36,130 nt of DNA from a virus (IMGVR_UViG_3300032281_001053:1-36130), one strand, 5' to 3'. Shown: positions 7,525 through 16,876, numbered from the stretch's first letter. Notes: a model not told the origin generated them from the sequence alone. Numbers and translations: made by a program.

Positions 7525-9408
7525 ATGATGACCGATAAACAGCGGAATGCGTTGCAGGGGCAGATTGTTGAGGCCGTGGGCCAGCGGAGCCCGTGGGAGT
7601 TGCGGCAGACTCGGTGGTATGAGTTGCGCCATCATGGATTGCGCCGAACGAACAAGCCTTGGCCGAAGGCCGCGGACCTGCACTGGCCGCTGATCGATAC
7701 CGCGATCGAGAAGCTGAAGCCCTTGTTCCTCCAGCAGGCGCTGGGCATGGATGTCGTGGCCAGCTTTGTGCCGATGAGGCAGCAGTTGAATGCGTACACG
7801 AAGGTGGCGGAGGACTGGTTCAACTATAAGATCCGGGACAAGACCAACTTCGTGGACGAGGTGCTCTCCTGGGTGGACTACACGCTGATGAGCGGGCGTG
7901 GGGTGATGAAGTGCTTCTGGAACCCGGGCGATAAGCGGGTGGGATTCGAGGCGGTGGACCCGATGTATTTTGTGGTGCCGGCGTATACGGTTGACCTCCA
8001 GGATGCGGATTGGGCGGTGCATGTGATGCCGATGAGTGTCCCGGCGTACAAGCGAATGGCTGGCCAGTTCGGGTGGAAGAGTGATTCCAAGACGATTGAG
8101 AAGATCCGGGGTAACCCGCAGCAGGATGACAATATCCCGGGGGCAGCGACCGAGGATGATGCGAAGCAGTTGCGCGAGGGTATCACGTACACAAATAACA
8201 CGGATGGCGTGATTGTCTGGGAGGTGTACCGGAAGCGGGATGACGGGGTGTGGGAGGTGTATCTGTACAGCCCCGCAGCGGTGGATCTGGATTTGCGCGA
8301 TCCCATGGAGCTGCCATACGACCATGGCCAGCTTCCGTTCGTGGATTTCCCGTACGAGATCAAAGACAAGGGATGGTTTAGCCCACGAGGCGTGTGCGAG
8401 ATCCTGGCTCCGTTCGAGCTGAGCATGACCTCGATGTGGAACCACAAGCATGATGCGATGACGCTGTACAACCGCCCGCTCTTCCGGGCGGAGCGGGAGT
8501 TGCCGAACAGCATCAATCTGCGGTTCCAGCCGGGACAGATTCTCCCGTATGGCGTGGCTCCGGTGCAGATGCCGCAGCCGCCGGTGAGCTTCGATCAGGA
8601 GCTGAACCAGACGCGGGCGGTGGCTGAGAACCGGATCGGTAGCCCGGATTACGCGATGGGCAGTGTGATGAGCGGTGGCAGCGACCGGAGAACTGCGACC
8701 GAGATCCAGAGCATCAACGCGCAAGCCATGCAGAGCGGCGATCTCCGTGCGCGGCTGTTCCGAATGGCGCTTGGCAAGCTCTACCGGCAGGCGTGGGGCT
8801 TGTATGTGCAGTATGATTCCAAAAGCCTGCGGTACCGGTTTGCTGAAGACTCGTTGGAGGCGGACCCGGTCGCGCTGCACGATCAGTACGAGCTGGAACC
8901 AAAGGGTGGAATGGACATGGTGAGCCGGCAGATGATGGTTCAGCAGGCCATCAACCGGAAGCAGTTGTTCATGAACTCGCCCTGGGTGGATCAGGTGGAG
9001 CTGGACAAGAGCATCATGGAGCTGGACGACCCGAGTCTTGTGAAACGGCTGCTCCGGGATCCGGGCCAGAAGGCGGCGGATGAACTGGAGGACGAGACCA
9101 AGACGATCCCGACATTGCTCGTGGGCATTCCGGTGCCGGCCAAGCCCGGCCAGAACTATGCGGGTCGGATCGGGGTGTTGATGCAGTACCTGAATGGCGC
9201 GATGCAGCAGGGCCAGCAGTTGAGCCCGGTGAGCAAGAACGCGTTCATGATGCGGATCGATAGCCTGTTGCAGGGCTACGAGCAGGTGGCTACGAACGAG
9301 GCGCGGAAGCTGCGGAAAGAGATCCAGAAGTTCTTCGAGAGCACGGGATTGCTGGTCGCCCCAGAGGCTCCACCCCCCGCTCCGGTCCCTGAAGCCCCCG
9401 TGATGTAA
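7525..9408 (+). CDS. Portal protein (P22-like)
   Basis: 627 aa directly after TerL, RBS AGGGAGG, RTATEI motif, Q/P-rich C-terminus. Confidence 0.9.
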   Translation: MMTDKQRNALQGQIVEAVGQRSPWELRQTRWYELRHHGLRRTNKPWPKAADLHWPLIDTAIEKLKPLFLQQALGMDVVASFVPMRQQLNAYTKVAEDWFNYKIRDKTNFVDEVLSWVDYTLMSGRGVMKCFWNPGDKRVGFEAVDPMYFVVPAYTVDLQDADWAVHVMPMSVPAYKRMAGQFGWKSDSKTIEKIRGNPQQDDNIPGAATEDDAKQLREGITYTNNTDGVIVWEVYRKRDDGVWEVYLYSPAAVDLDLRDPMELPYDHGQLPFVDFPYEIKDKGWFSPRGVCEILAPFELSMTSMWNHKHDAMTLYNRPLFRAERELPNSINLRFQPGQILPYGVAPVQMPQPPVSFDQELNQTRAVAENRIGSPDYAMGSVMSGGSDRRTATEIQSINAQAMQSGDLRARLFRMALGKLYRQAWGLYVQYDSKSLRYRFAEDSLEADPVALHDQYELEPKGGMDMVSRQMMVQQAINRKQLFMNSPWVDQVELDKSIMELDDPSLVKRLLRDPGQKAADELEDETKTIPTLLVGIPVPAKPGQNYAGRIGVLMQYLNGAMQQGQQLSPVSKNAFMMRIDSLLQGYEQVATNEARKLRKEIQKFFESTGLLVAPEAPPPAPVPEAPVM

Positions 9409-9410
9409 AG

Positions 9411-9737
9411 ATGATTACCGTGACATGTAAGGATTGCCGGTTCTATTGTGTGGACGGGACCTGCCGCAGGTTCCCGCCCGCGGGAAGACCCAGTTGTTGG
9501 CCCACTCTGAATCCCAACGACTGGTGCGGCGAGTTCGAGGCCAAGAAGATTATGATACCACTCACCGAGGGAACCGTCGTCCAATGCAGCGTCACGCCGA
9601 CCACGCCTCGGGAGATCGAGCCTGGAGGCTTGCAGGCCCTTGAGGAGGGCGTTGCACCGAAGATGCGGGTCCAGAGGAAGAAGCCGGTGTCCGATCTCAA
9701 GGAGATTCAGGAATCACCAATCTTTGGAGAGGGCTGA
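9411..9737 (+). CDS. Cys-rich hypothetical protein
   Basis: CKDC..GTCRRFPP..WP..DWCGEF pattern, probably metal-binding. Confidence 0.8.
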   Translation: MITVTCKDCRFYCVDGTCRRFPPAGRPSCWPTLNPNDWCGEFEAKKIMIPLTEGTVVQCSVTPTTPREIEPGGLQALEEGVAPKMRVQRKKPVSDLKEIQESPIFGEG

Positions 9738-9738
9738 T

Positions 9739-9984
9739 ATGGCTGAATATCAAGGCAAAAAGGTTACACTCAACAAGCCCTTCTACACTCCGGGCGAGAA
9801 GAAGAAGAAGGCGGTGTACGTTCGCAATCCCAAGGGGACCGTGATCAAGGTGCGCTTCGGTGATCCGAATATGGAGATCAAGCGGGACGATCCGGAGCGT
9901 CGGAAGAACTTCCGTGCGCGGCATAACTGCGATACGGCCAAAGACCCTACTAAGCCAAGAACGTGGTCCTGTCGGGCCTGGTGA
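9739..9984 (+). CDS. Basic conserved phage protein
   Basis: 81 aa, VRFGDPNM..RRKNFRARHNC..WSCRAW pattern common in phage head regions. Confidence 0.85.
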   Translation: MAEYQGKKVTLNKPFYTPGEKKKKAVYVRNPKGTVIKVRFGDPNMEIKRDDPERRKNFRARHNCDTAKDPTKPRTWSCRAW

Positions 9985-9996
9985 CCCATTTCCAAC

Positions 9997-10155
9997 ATGA
10001 AGAAGAAATCCAAGTTCAGTAAGCTCGCCACCCAGCTCAAGAAAGAGGGTGCTGATGATCCTCGCGCACTTGCTGCCTACATCGGTCGCAAGAAGCTCGG
10101 AGCCGCAGAGTTCATGCGCCGTCAGGCCGCAGGCCGGAAAAAGGCCGCAAAGTAA
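9997..10155 (+). CDS. Small basic protein
   Basis: 52 aa MKKKSKFSKLATQLKKEGADDPRALAAYIGRKKLG...; fills the gap, below the ORF-track cutoff. Confidence 0.8.
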   Translation: MKKKSKFSKLATQLKKEGADDPRALAAYIGRKKLGAAEFMRRQAAGRKKAAK

Positions 10156-10157
10156 CC

Positions 10158-10481
10158 ATGATCTCCATCACCGCACGAGTCCGCGCTGCTTGGACCTTTG
10201 GCCGACATCAGTGCTGGGTGAATCCGCTTCCTTGGCGCAAGGAGGATGCCAACGCACTGAGCAACTTTTTCAAGAGCGATAGCGGGAAACGCTTCAAAGA
10301 CGCTCTGCTGAATACCGTTCTCATGCAGAACGCTTCAGCCATAACTGACCGAAACCATTTGCAATACTCATCAGGCTTTGCAATGGGTCAGGCCAGTCTT
10401 GTGAAGGTCATCGAGATGATGGCCGACCAAGAATCAATTACGGGGCAGGAAGATGATCCGGATTCTGCCACGAACACATAG
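10158..10481 (+). CDS. Hypothetical protein (pre-scaffold position)
   Basis: 107-aa ORF, FFKSDSGKRF motif, operon packing. Confidence 0.8.
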   Translation: MISITARVRAAWTFGRHQCWVNPLPWRKEDANALSNFFKSDSGKRFKDALLNTVLMQNASAITDRNHLQYSSGFAMGQASLVKVIEMMADQESITGQEDDPDSATNT

Positions 10482-10536
10482 GATCAAAGTTGCGGTTGTT
10501 GGTCTGTGCGGACCAGCAAACGAGTAAATGCACAAT

Positions 10537-11478
10537 ATGTCAGATGAAACACTAAGTGCCGATGCGATGCTCGCTTTGGCCAATGACTACGATGCCGGTG
10601 TCGATATCGACAGCCAGCCTAAGGAGTCGTCTCCTAATACCAATGAGACGGCTGCTGCTGAGCAAGATTCCCCCGATGAGGGGAACGCCGGTAAAGAGGT
10701 CGATGGTGGCGAGCGGGAGGTAGGCGCTAAATCAGAGCCCGAAGCGAAGGCCGAGAAAAAGGCGGAGCCGAAGGACAAGAGCAGCAAATTCGCTCAGGAA
10801 CAGAACCGAAAGGCAAAGACCTGGGAGCAAATCAACGCTGAGAAGGAGGCCCTCAAGGCTGAGCGCGAGGCGGTGAGGCGGGAAAGGGAGGAGTGGAGCA
10901 AGCAGCGGGAGCAATCCAAGACTGCCGAGACCAATTCCTTCCGAGATGAGAAGGGCTACACGGCGGAGGACTACGAGGCTGCGGCCAAGGAGTTCGATGC
11001 CGATGGCGATTCTCAGTTGGCCAAGGCAGCGCGAGCCAAGGCTGATGGAGTCCGAAAAGCTGCTACGGAGCGACAGCAGAAGGCGCAGCAGGAGAAGTTC
11101 GCAAAGGCATGGTCTGATTCGTATGCACGGTTGTCCGAGAAGGAGACTTGGCTGAAGGATCAGAACAGCCCCGAGTACAAACGTACTGTCGAACTGCTCC
11201 AGAAGGTGCCGATGCTGACATCAATGCCCGATGGACTTGTCCATGCGGTGGAATTGATGAAGCTCCAGGACAGTGCGTCCAAGGCTCAGTCGATCGAGGC
11301 CGAGAACAAGGCTCTGAAGGAACAACTCAATAAGCTCCAGCAGAAGACCGCTATTGGCAAAAGCGTACCGGCAGGACAACTCAAGGCTGAAGAGAAAGAT
11401 TTCTCGAAGCTGTCTCTCAAGGAGCAGAGGGAGGCGCTGTTGAAAGCGTCGAGGGCGTTCGACCGGGACGAAAACTGA
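10537..11478 (+). CDS. Capsid scaffolding protein
   Basis: Acidic disordered N-terminus and long coiled coil, immediately before the capsid gene; start 10528 or 10537. Confidence 0.8.
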   Translation: MSDETLSADAMLALANDYDAGVDIDSQPKESSPNTNETAAAEQDSPDEGNAGKEVDGGEREVGAKSEPEAKAEKKAEPKDKSSKFAQEQNRKAKTWEQINAEKEALKAEREAVRREREEWSKQREQSKTAETNSFRDEKGYTAEDYEAAAKEFDADGDSQLAKAARAKADGVRKAATERQQKAQQEKFAKAWSDSYARLSEKETWLKDQNSPEYKRTVELLQKVPMLTSMPDGLVHAVELMKLQDSASKAQSIEAENKALKEQLNKLQQKTAIGKSVPAGQLKAEEKDFSKLSLKEQREALLKASRAFDRDEN

Positions 11479-11499
11479 TAGCACAACCACAACTAAAAT

Positions 11500-12651
11500 A
11501 TGCCAGTTACTACTTCAACCACGCTCACCAACCAGTTCCAGAACTACTTCAGCAAGGAGCTGCTCTCGATCGTCCAGCAGGAGACGATTCTGGATCAGTT
11601 CTCCATGAAGGCTCCGATCCCCAAGAACAATGGTAACAAGGCCATCTCGATGTTCCGTTTCGGACCGCCGAGCGTTGGCAGTGTTCAGACCATCAGCTCT
11701 GAGGGTACCCCGATCAGCTCCGCCAACTACCGCGCTCTGGCCCTCAACAGCCTGAGCAAGTCGCTGGCTCAGTATGGTCAGGTGATCGGTTTGACCGACA
11801 TCCTCCGCGCCACCGACCTGTTCAACTCGCTCCAGCAGGCCACCAAGACCTCTGGTCTGGACATGGCCCTCTGGGTTGACTCGGTGATTCGTAACACCCT
11901 CGTTGGTTCCAACCTCACCGCGAGCGGTTCGTCCATCGGTTCCGGTGCCGAGGGTTCCGGTACGTTCGATAACTCCGATGCTTGTAACACCGCTGCTGCT
12001 TCCGGTGGTATCAAGGTGTACGGTAACCCGGCCACGCTGACGACCCAGACCTTCTCTGCGCTGAACAGTGATACCACCGCTGCCAACACCACGATGACCG
12101 CTTCGGCTGTCCTCGATTCCATGACCCGCCTGCGGCGCAACCGCGCCCCGCTGATCAACGGCGGCTACGTCCTGGCCACCGACCCCCGTGTGACCCGCGA
12201 CCTGATGCGCGACAGCGACTGGTTGAACGCCTCCAACTACGGCAACAAGGGCCAACCGTTCTACAAGGGCGAGGTTGGTTCCATCTACGGTTGCCGCGTG
12301 GTCACCCAGACCAACTCGTTCGTCAGCACCGGCTCCGGCACCGCTGCCGATGAGTTCGTTTATCAGGCGACCTCCGCCGGTGGCGGTCTGGCCGTCAGCA
12401 AGGACATCATCGCCTCGTTCTTCTTCGGTAACGAGTCGTTCGGTATCCCTGCTCTGACCGGTGATGATCCGTTGTCCCCGCGCATCGTGATCACCGATAC
12501 CCCCGACAAGTCGGATCCGTTGAACCAGCTCGTCACCGTCGGTGTGAAGCTGTACTTCGCCGCCCTGCGTCTGGCCGCTGGTAACACCGGTTCGACCGGT
12601 AACCCGGTGTGGTATCTTGTCCATCGGACCAAGACCTCGACCACGCTGTAA
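11500..12651 (+). CDS. Major capsid protein (N4-gp56-like)
   Basis: PIPKNNG..I, SEGTP, QYGQVIGLTD, GEVGSIYG.R, DKSDPLNQ..TVGVK. Confidence 0.92.
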   Translation: MPVTTSTTLTNQFQNYFSKELLSIVQQETILDQFSMKAPIPKNNGNKAISMFRFGPPSVGSVQTISSEGTPISSANYRALALNSLSKSLAQYGQVIGLTDILRATDLFNSLQQATKTSGLDMALWVDSVIRNTLVGSNLTASGSSIGSGAEGSGTFDNSDACNTAAASGGIKVYGNPATLTTQTFSALNSDTTAANTTMTASAVLDSMTRLRRNRAPLINGGYVLATDPRVTRDLMRDSDWLNASNYGNKGQPFYKGEVGSIYGCRVVTQTNSFVSTGSGTAADEFVYQATSAGGGLAVSKDIIASFFFGNESFGIPALTGDDPLSPRIVITDTPDKSDPLNQLVTVGVKLYFAALRLAAGNTGSTGNPVWYLVHRTKTSTTL

Positions 12652-12652
12652 T

Positions 12653-13048
12653 ATGCGACCAAAGACGGCCACCATCATGGTGATCGCCGTCAGCCCGAAG
12701 GGGCATCATCGTAAAGGTGGTGCCCCTTCTTCTCATTCCGCTTGCGGATGCGAAGAGGCTGACAACAATGCGCCCATGATTTCGATTCCAGTCGAGGCCC
12801 TTTCCACCGATATGGAGGATGGCCAGCAGGCTATGCCCGAGGTTGGTGATGAAGTGGTTTTGGACGATGTTCGCGGCATTCTCAAGAAGCTGGATAACGG
12901 CGAAGCCTACGTCGAAATCCGTAGCGTCAACGGCATGCCTGCCGAGTACGAGAACAAGGATGAGAAGGCCATGGCCTCCAAGGAGCCGATGGACGAGAAG
13001 GGCATGCGGAAGATGGTCGAGGATTACGACAGCGAGATGGAGTCCTAA
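12653..13048 (+). CDS. Hypothetical protein
   Basis: 131-aa acidic ORF starting 1 nt after the capsid stop. Confidence 0.75.
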   Translation: MRPKTATIMVIAVSPKGHHRKGGAPSSHSACGCEEADNNAPMISIPVEALSTDMEDGQQAMPEVGDEVVLDDVRGILKKLDNGEAYVEIRSVNGMPAEYENKDEKAMASKEPMDEKGMRKMVEDYDSEMES

Positions 13049-13049
13049 G

Positions 13050-13304
13050 ATGCCGATCTACACCTTCGAGAACAATGGTCAGTGCATCGAGCACATCGCT
13101 CCGATGGGTACCGATTCTCTTGTCCTTGATGGGAAGCGGTGGAACAGGCAGCCGGTGGCCCGCTTCGGGGTCACCGGCTTTGCTCGCGAGACCGAACTCA
13201 AGGACCAAGTGAAGAAGGGATTCAGCCGGTTGGAAGACCGCCAAGGATCCCGCTTCGAGAGCACTTTCACCAAGAATCAAATCCGGAAGATCTGGGACAT
13301 ATGA
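13050..13304 (+). CDS. FmdB-like small protein lacking the Zn-ribbon cysteines
   Basis: MPIYTF start typical of phage FmdB-like proteins; only one Cys. Confidence 0.65.
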   Translation: MPIYTFENNGQCIEHIAPMGTDSLVLDGKRWNRQPVARFGVTGFARETELKDQVKKGFSRLEDRQGSRFESTFTKNQIRKIWDI

Positions 13305-13567
13305 GCGACGTAACAAATCAGGCCATCGAGTATTCGATGGGACAGGGCGGTTTCCAGCTCGTGACCGACACCACGCTGACCACTGGCCCGTTTGTGGCCA
13401 TCACCACCATCGCCCCGACCACCTTTAGCTCGATCACCGGAGGCAACATCAGCGGATCCTGGTCCACAGCGACCATCCCTGCTGGTATTACCCTGCCGGG
13501 ACCGATCACGAGCTTCCAGATTTCCAGCGGTCAGGTGATCGCATTCAATGGCGTGATCAACTCGTGA
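13301..13567 (+). CDS. Small beta-rich virion protein
   Basis: 88 aa, Thr/Gly/Ser-rich, TIPAGITLPG..SSGQVIAF. Confidence 0.75.
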   Translation: MSDVTNQAIEYSMGQGGFQLVTDTTLTTGPFVAITTIAPTTFSSITGGNISGSWSTATIPAGITLPGPITSFQISSGQVIAFNGVINS

Positions 13568-13794
13568 CACTCGCTCTCGGCACACGACTGGTATCGAACG
13601 GCGGGGGTAATGTTACCCCTGGCGATCTACCTATCCTGCGCCGGGATTTGCTTCAGGAGGACGACTTTTTCGTTCTTTTGGAGGATGGTGACAAGATCGT
13701 CATCACGTTTGGGACTTTTGACTCTTTAGACTTGGAGAATGGGGATTTCCTACTCCAAGAGGACAGTGGCAAACTCATCATTCAAGCTAACTAA
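13564..13794 (+). CDS. Virion protein with duplicated LLQED/LLEDG motif
   Basis: LLQEDDFFVLLEDGDKIVI and LDLENGDFLLQEDSGKLII; directly precedes the fibre gene. Confidence 0.75.
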   Translation: MTLALGTRLVSNGGGNVTPGDLPILRRDLLQEDDFFVLLEDGDKIVITFGTFDSLDLENGDFLLQEDSGKLIIQAN

Positions 13795-13800
13795 CAGTTT

Positions 13801-14676
13801 ATGGCAGATACAAAAATCACAGCACTGACGGCGATCACGACCGTCGATCCCGCGGTGGATGTCCTTCCCATTGTCGATGTCAGCGACACGACCATGGCTG
13901 CATCGGGCACCACGAAGAAGATCACCAGCAACCAGCTCTTGGGAGCCGGCGGCACCGCCACCCTCGCCTCCGCCACCATCACCGGCGCGGCTACGGTGGG
14001 GACGACGCTGGGTGTGACGGGTGTATCGACGTTTGCTGCTGGCACACAACTGCTTCCCGCTCTCACAACGACCGGAGACACTAACACTGGCATCTATTAT
14101 CCTGCGGCAGACACGTTTGCTGTCACTACGGGAGGCACTGAGCGTTATCGTGTGGATTCCTCCGGAAATTTTGGCGTTGGAGTTACGCCGTCTGGTACTG
14201 GCGGTTGCTTGCAACTCAAGAGCGGCATCACCTTCCCCGCCACTCAAGTGGCTTCGTCCGATGCGAACACGCTCGACGATTACGAGGAGGGGACTTGGAC
14301 TCCCGTTTTCCAAGGCACGGTTACAGCTGGAACATACGTGTATTCAACGCAAGTCGGGCGATATACAAAAGTAGGAAATTTGGTTACTGTGTTTGGTCAT
14401 TTGGTGATTAGCAGCATTACAACGGCAGCAACAGGTGTTATGAGAATTGGAGGTTTGCCTTTTACCACCTCTTCCGTAAACGTTTACGCTGCTGGGACGG
14501 TTGGGTACACTGACCTTATAACAATTTCTTCCGGAACGCTTGCTTTGAGCGTAAATACAAGCGCCGTTATTATAGATATGTACAGGATAATTAGTGGAGC
14601 AGGCGTTGGGTTTATCACCCCATCTGACTTGGTGGCCAATACCAGAATCAACTTCACAGCAACCTACTTCGTCTAA
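13801..14676 (+). CDS. Fibre protein 1 (head or tail fibre)
   Basis: MADTKITAL start, GDTNTGIYYPAADT, ANTLDDYEEGTWTP, GRYTKVGNLVTV, IGGLPFT. Confidence 0.85.
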   Translation: MADTKITALTAITTVDPAVDVLPIVDVSDTTMAASGTTKKITSNQLLGAGGTATLASATITGAATVGTTLGVTGVSTFAAGTQLLPALTTTGDTNTGIYYPAADTFAVTTGGTERYRVDSSGNFGVGVTPSGTGGCLQLKSGITFPATQVASSDANTLDDYEEGTWTPVFQGTVTAGTYVYSTQVGRYTKVGNLVTVFGHLVISSITTAATGVMRIGGLPFTTSSVNVYAAGTVGYTDLITISSGTLALSVNTSAVIIDMYRIISGAGVGFITPSDLVANTRINFTATYFV

Positions 14677-14680
14677 TCCT

Positions 14681-14932
14681 ATGCTCACCGAACGCACCAT
14701 TTTCTCGCTCTGCGAGGTTCTTCCCAACACGACGCTTCAGGTTCGCCTGTCGGACCAGATCGTCGATGGAGAAGCCGTGAAGGCTTCCACCTTCCGCCGC
14801 TACTGTCTCGCTCCCGGCTCAGACCTTACGGGTCAGCCCGAGCAGGTTGTAGCGATTGCTGGAGCCGTATGGACTCCTGCCGCTGTCGCAGCCTACGCCG
14901 CAAGCCAAACTCCTAGCCCCACCATCCAATGA
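14681..14932 (+). CDS. Fibre-associated small protein, paralog A
   Basis: PGSDLTGQPEQVVAIAGAVWTPAAVAAY. Confidence 0.8.
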   Translation: MLTERTIFSLCEVLPNTTLQVRLSDQIVDGEAVKASTFRRYCLAPGSDLTGQPEQVVAIAGAVWTPAAVAAYAASQTPSPTIQ

Positions 14933-15171
14933 TCGTACCAGTCAATATCGTCGCAGTGCAGTGCAATCAGAACAACTCGCTGTTCGTCACGACCGGAATC
15001 GATTACGACAACAGCGGTTCGATTGTGGGTTCTGAGATTACCTCGCAATATACGCTGAATCCCGGTGACGACCTTACTGGTCAGCCAACCGAGGTGGTGA
15101 ATATCGCGAATGCGTTGTGGACTCCGGCGGTTGTTGCGGCTTACAAAGCGTCTCAACCCAAGCCCGAGTAA
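14929..15171 (+). CDS. Fibre-associated small protein, paralog B
   Basis: PGDDLTGQPTEVVNIANALWTPAVVAAY. Confidence 0.8.
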   Translation: MIVPVNIVAVQCNQNNSLFVTTGIDYDNSGSIVGSEITSQYTLNPGDDLTGQPTEVVNIANALWTPAVVAAYKASQPKPE

Positions 15172-15172
15172 C

Positions 15173-15349
15173 ATGGACGCAACCAACCACGGCGGTGGAA
15201 CGAATGGACTCGTAGCCTCACTGGCAACATCGGCAGCAGCTACCGGAGCCTCTATGCTCCCGCAGCTCACAGATGGAGTCCGATTCCTTTCCGCCGTGGT
15301 CGGCCTTGCCGCCGCTTGCGTCGCGTTGTATAAAGCTATCCGCAAATGA
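15173..15349 (+). CDS. Small membrane protein (holin/antiholin-like)
   Basis: 58 aa, hydrophobic helices, basic C-terminus. Confidence 0.65.
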   Translation: MDATNHGGGTNGLVASLATSAAATGASMLPQLTDGVRFLSAVVGLAAACVALYKAIRK

Positions 15350-15546
15350 AAAACACCAAAACCACACTCGCCGGACTCGGCGTCATCCTCGTTGCAATCG
15401 GCGGGGCCTTAAAGGCCATCTTCGACGGTGATCCGGCTACCTCGGTCGATCCGACGGCTACAATTGCCGCGATCTCTGCGGGCATCGGCCTCATCATGGC
15501 CAAGGACGCCGAGAAGACCGCCGCCCCCATCGAACCCAAGGCGTGA
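15346..15546 (+). CDS. Holin-like two-TM protein
   Basis: KTTLAG..two TM segments..GLIMAKD. Confidence 0.7.
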   Translation: MKNTKTTLAGLGVILVAIGGALKAIFDGDPATSVDPTATIAAISAGIGLIMAKDAEKTAAPIEPKA

Positions 15547-15716
15547 ACTGGGTCTATCAGATCCTGAAGGCCCTGCTCGACTGGCTCCGAGAAACACCAC
15601 CCACCGATGTGCAACATGGCAAAGCTCCCGAGGCCCTCAAGAGCGATCTGGCTGATCGCATTGCTGGCCTGCCTAGGCTGCCAGATGACCAAGGTGGTCC
15701 TGGTCCCTTCCGGTGA
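15543..15716 (+). CDS. Small protein, possible i-spanin-like partner
   Basis: GTGA-coupled 57 aa MNWVYQILKALLDWLRE..., overlapping the lipoprotein gene in another frame as in Rz/Rz1. Confidence 0.5.
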   Translation: MNWVYQILKALLDWLRETPPTDVQHGKAPEALKSDLADRIAGLPRLPDDQGGPGPFR

Positions 15717-15837
15717 TCCGGTGATGCTGGCCAAGCCGGTGAAGGCCAGCGTGTACGGATTCGACAAGGACAAGAAGCTGGTGGGGCCGTCTACAGTGAT
15801 CATCCCCGCGGGCTGGTACGCTTTGCCCAAGCAATAG
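15616..15837 (+). CDS. Small lipoprotein (o-spanin-like)
   Basis: Basic N-terminus, hydrophobic WLIALLA, lipobox CLGC. Confidence 0.65.
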   Translation: MAKLPRPSRAIWLIALLACLGCQMTKVVLVPSGDPVMLAKPVKASVYGFDKDKKLVGPSTVIIPAGWYALPKQ

Positions 15838-16086
15838 CTACTTCCTGATACGACGGTACCCCTGACGCCAGAGGATGAGTCCTAGCCATTGACCATGGCG
15901 ATCGACTTCATCCTCTGTCCATTCAGGGTGCATGTGATGTAGCAACTCATGCACCAACACCTCGATCCGCTCCTTCTCCTTCAAGCGCGGATCAATCTCG
16001 ATGAGACCATCACCAACCCATGCCAACCCCATGGCATTGTGACGCATCAGTTTCCTTTCAGTGATTCGGATTCTAGGTGTTGCCAT
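15838..16086 (-). CDS. Minimal zincin-like HEXXH protein
   Basis: GLA..IEIDPRL..EVLVHELLH..EDEV; 82 aa from MATPRI. Confidence 0.8.
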   Translation of the reverse strand: MATPRIRITERKLMRHNAMGLAWVGDGLIEIDPRLKEKERIEVLVHELLHHMHPEWTEDEVDRHGQWLGLILWRQGYRRIRK

Positions 16087-16126
16087 AACGCTTGCACGAT
16101 TATCTACAAAATGCTTGCAATTCTGC

Positions 16127-16876
16127 GTGACCGTTGTTCCAGCAAAAAAGCGGGTAATGGCTATCGGTTGCACTCACGGCAATCGGGCCAATCAGAATGC
16201 GCTCGCTGCCGCGCTTCTTTTCCGTGATCAGTTTCGTCCCGATGAGGTCATTCACTTGGGGGACGCCTATGACCTTGCTTCGCTTCGAGCAGGCGCTCTG
16301 ACCAACGATAACGACTCGGATGCCGCAGACGATTACCTTGATGATATCGATCAAGGGAGGCGGTTTCTGGGGGAGCTTCGGCCCACGGTGTTTATTGTTG
16401 GCAATCATGATGAGCGGGCCAAAAGGCTGATTCACCACCACAACACCGTCGTCCGCGGGTTCGCGGAGGCGATCTGGCAAAGGATGATAGAGCCGATCGA
16501 AAGGCATGCTCGGGTATTCATCAAGACCCATGATGTGTTGCCAAGGTCGTGGTTCAGTCTTGGAGGTTACAAATGGGGACACGGGATTCTCTACGGCGAA
16601 AACTTCCTTCGTGATACCGCCGAGACATGGGGCAACACTGTTGTGGCCCACGCTCATCGCGCCGGCATGGCCACGGGACGACGAAGCGATAACCCTGTGT
16701 GCTTGTCACCAGGAACACTCGCTGACGTTCCCTGCATGGATTACGCGCTGAGGAGACGCGGTACGCTGGCGTGGTCACACGGCATCGTCTTCGGCGAGTA
16801 CACTGAAGACAGCGCACAGCTCTACGTTCATCAGTGGAAACAAGGAGAGACCGAATGGAATCTGCCGAGCTTTTAA
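16127..16876 (+). CDS. Calcineurin-like metallophosphoesterase
   Basis: GCTHG, HLGDAYD, GNHDER, GHG and AHAHR motifs. Confidence 0.9.
   Translation: MTVVPAKKRVMAIGCTHGNRANQNALAAALLFRDQFRPDEVIHLGDAYDLASLRAGALTNDNDSDAADDYLDDIDQGRRFLGELRPTVFIVGNHDERAKRLIHHHNTVVRGFAEAIWQRMIEPIERHARVFIKTHDVLPRSWFSLGGYKWGHGILYGENFLRDTAETWGNTVVAHAHRAGMATGRRSDNPVCLSPGTLADVPCMDYALRRRGTLAWSHGIVFGEYTEDSAQLYVHQWKQGETEWNLPSF

Noticed and set aside
7135-8880. 581-aa minus-strand ORF (also 6101-6859, 11515-12678, 17196-18011, 23811-24704, 26988-27893)
   Set aside because: Antisense shadows of well-supported genes, expected from high-GC codon bias; no motifs
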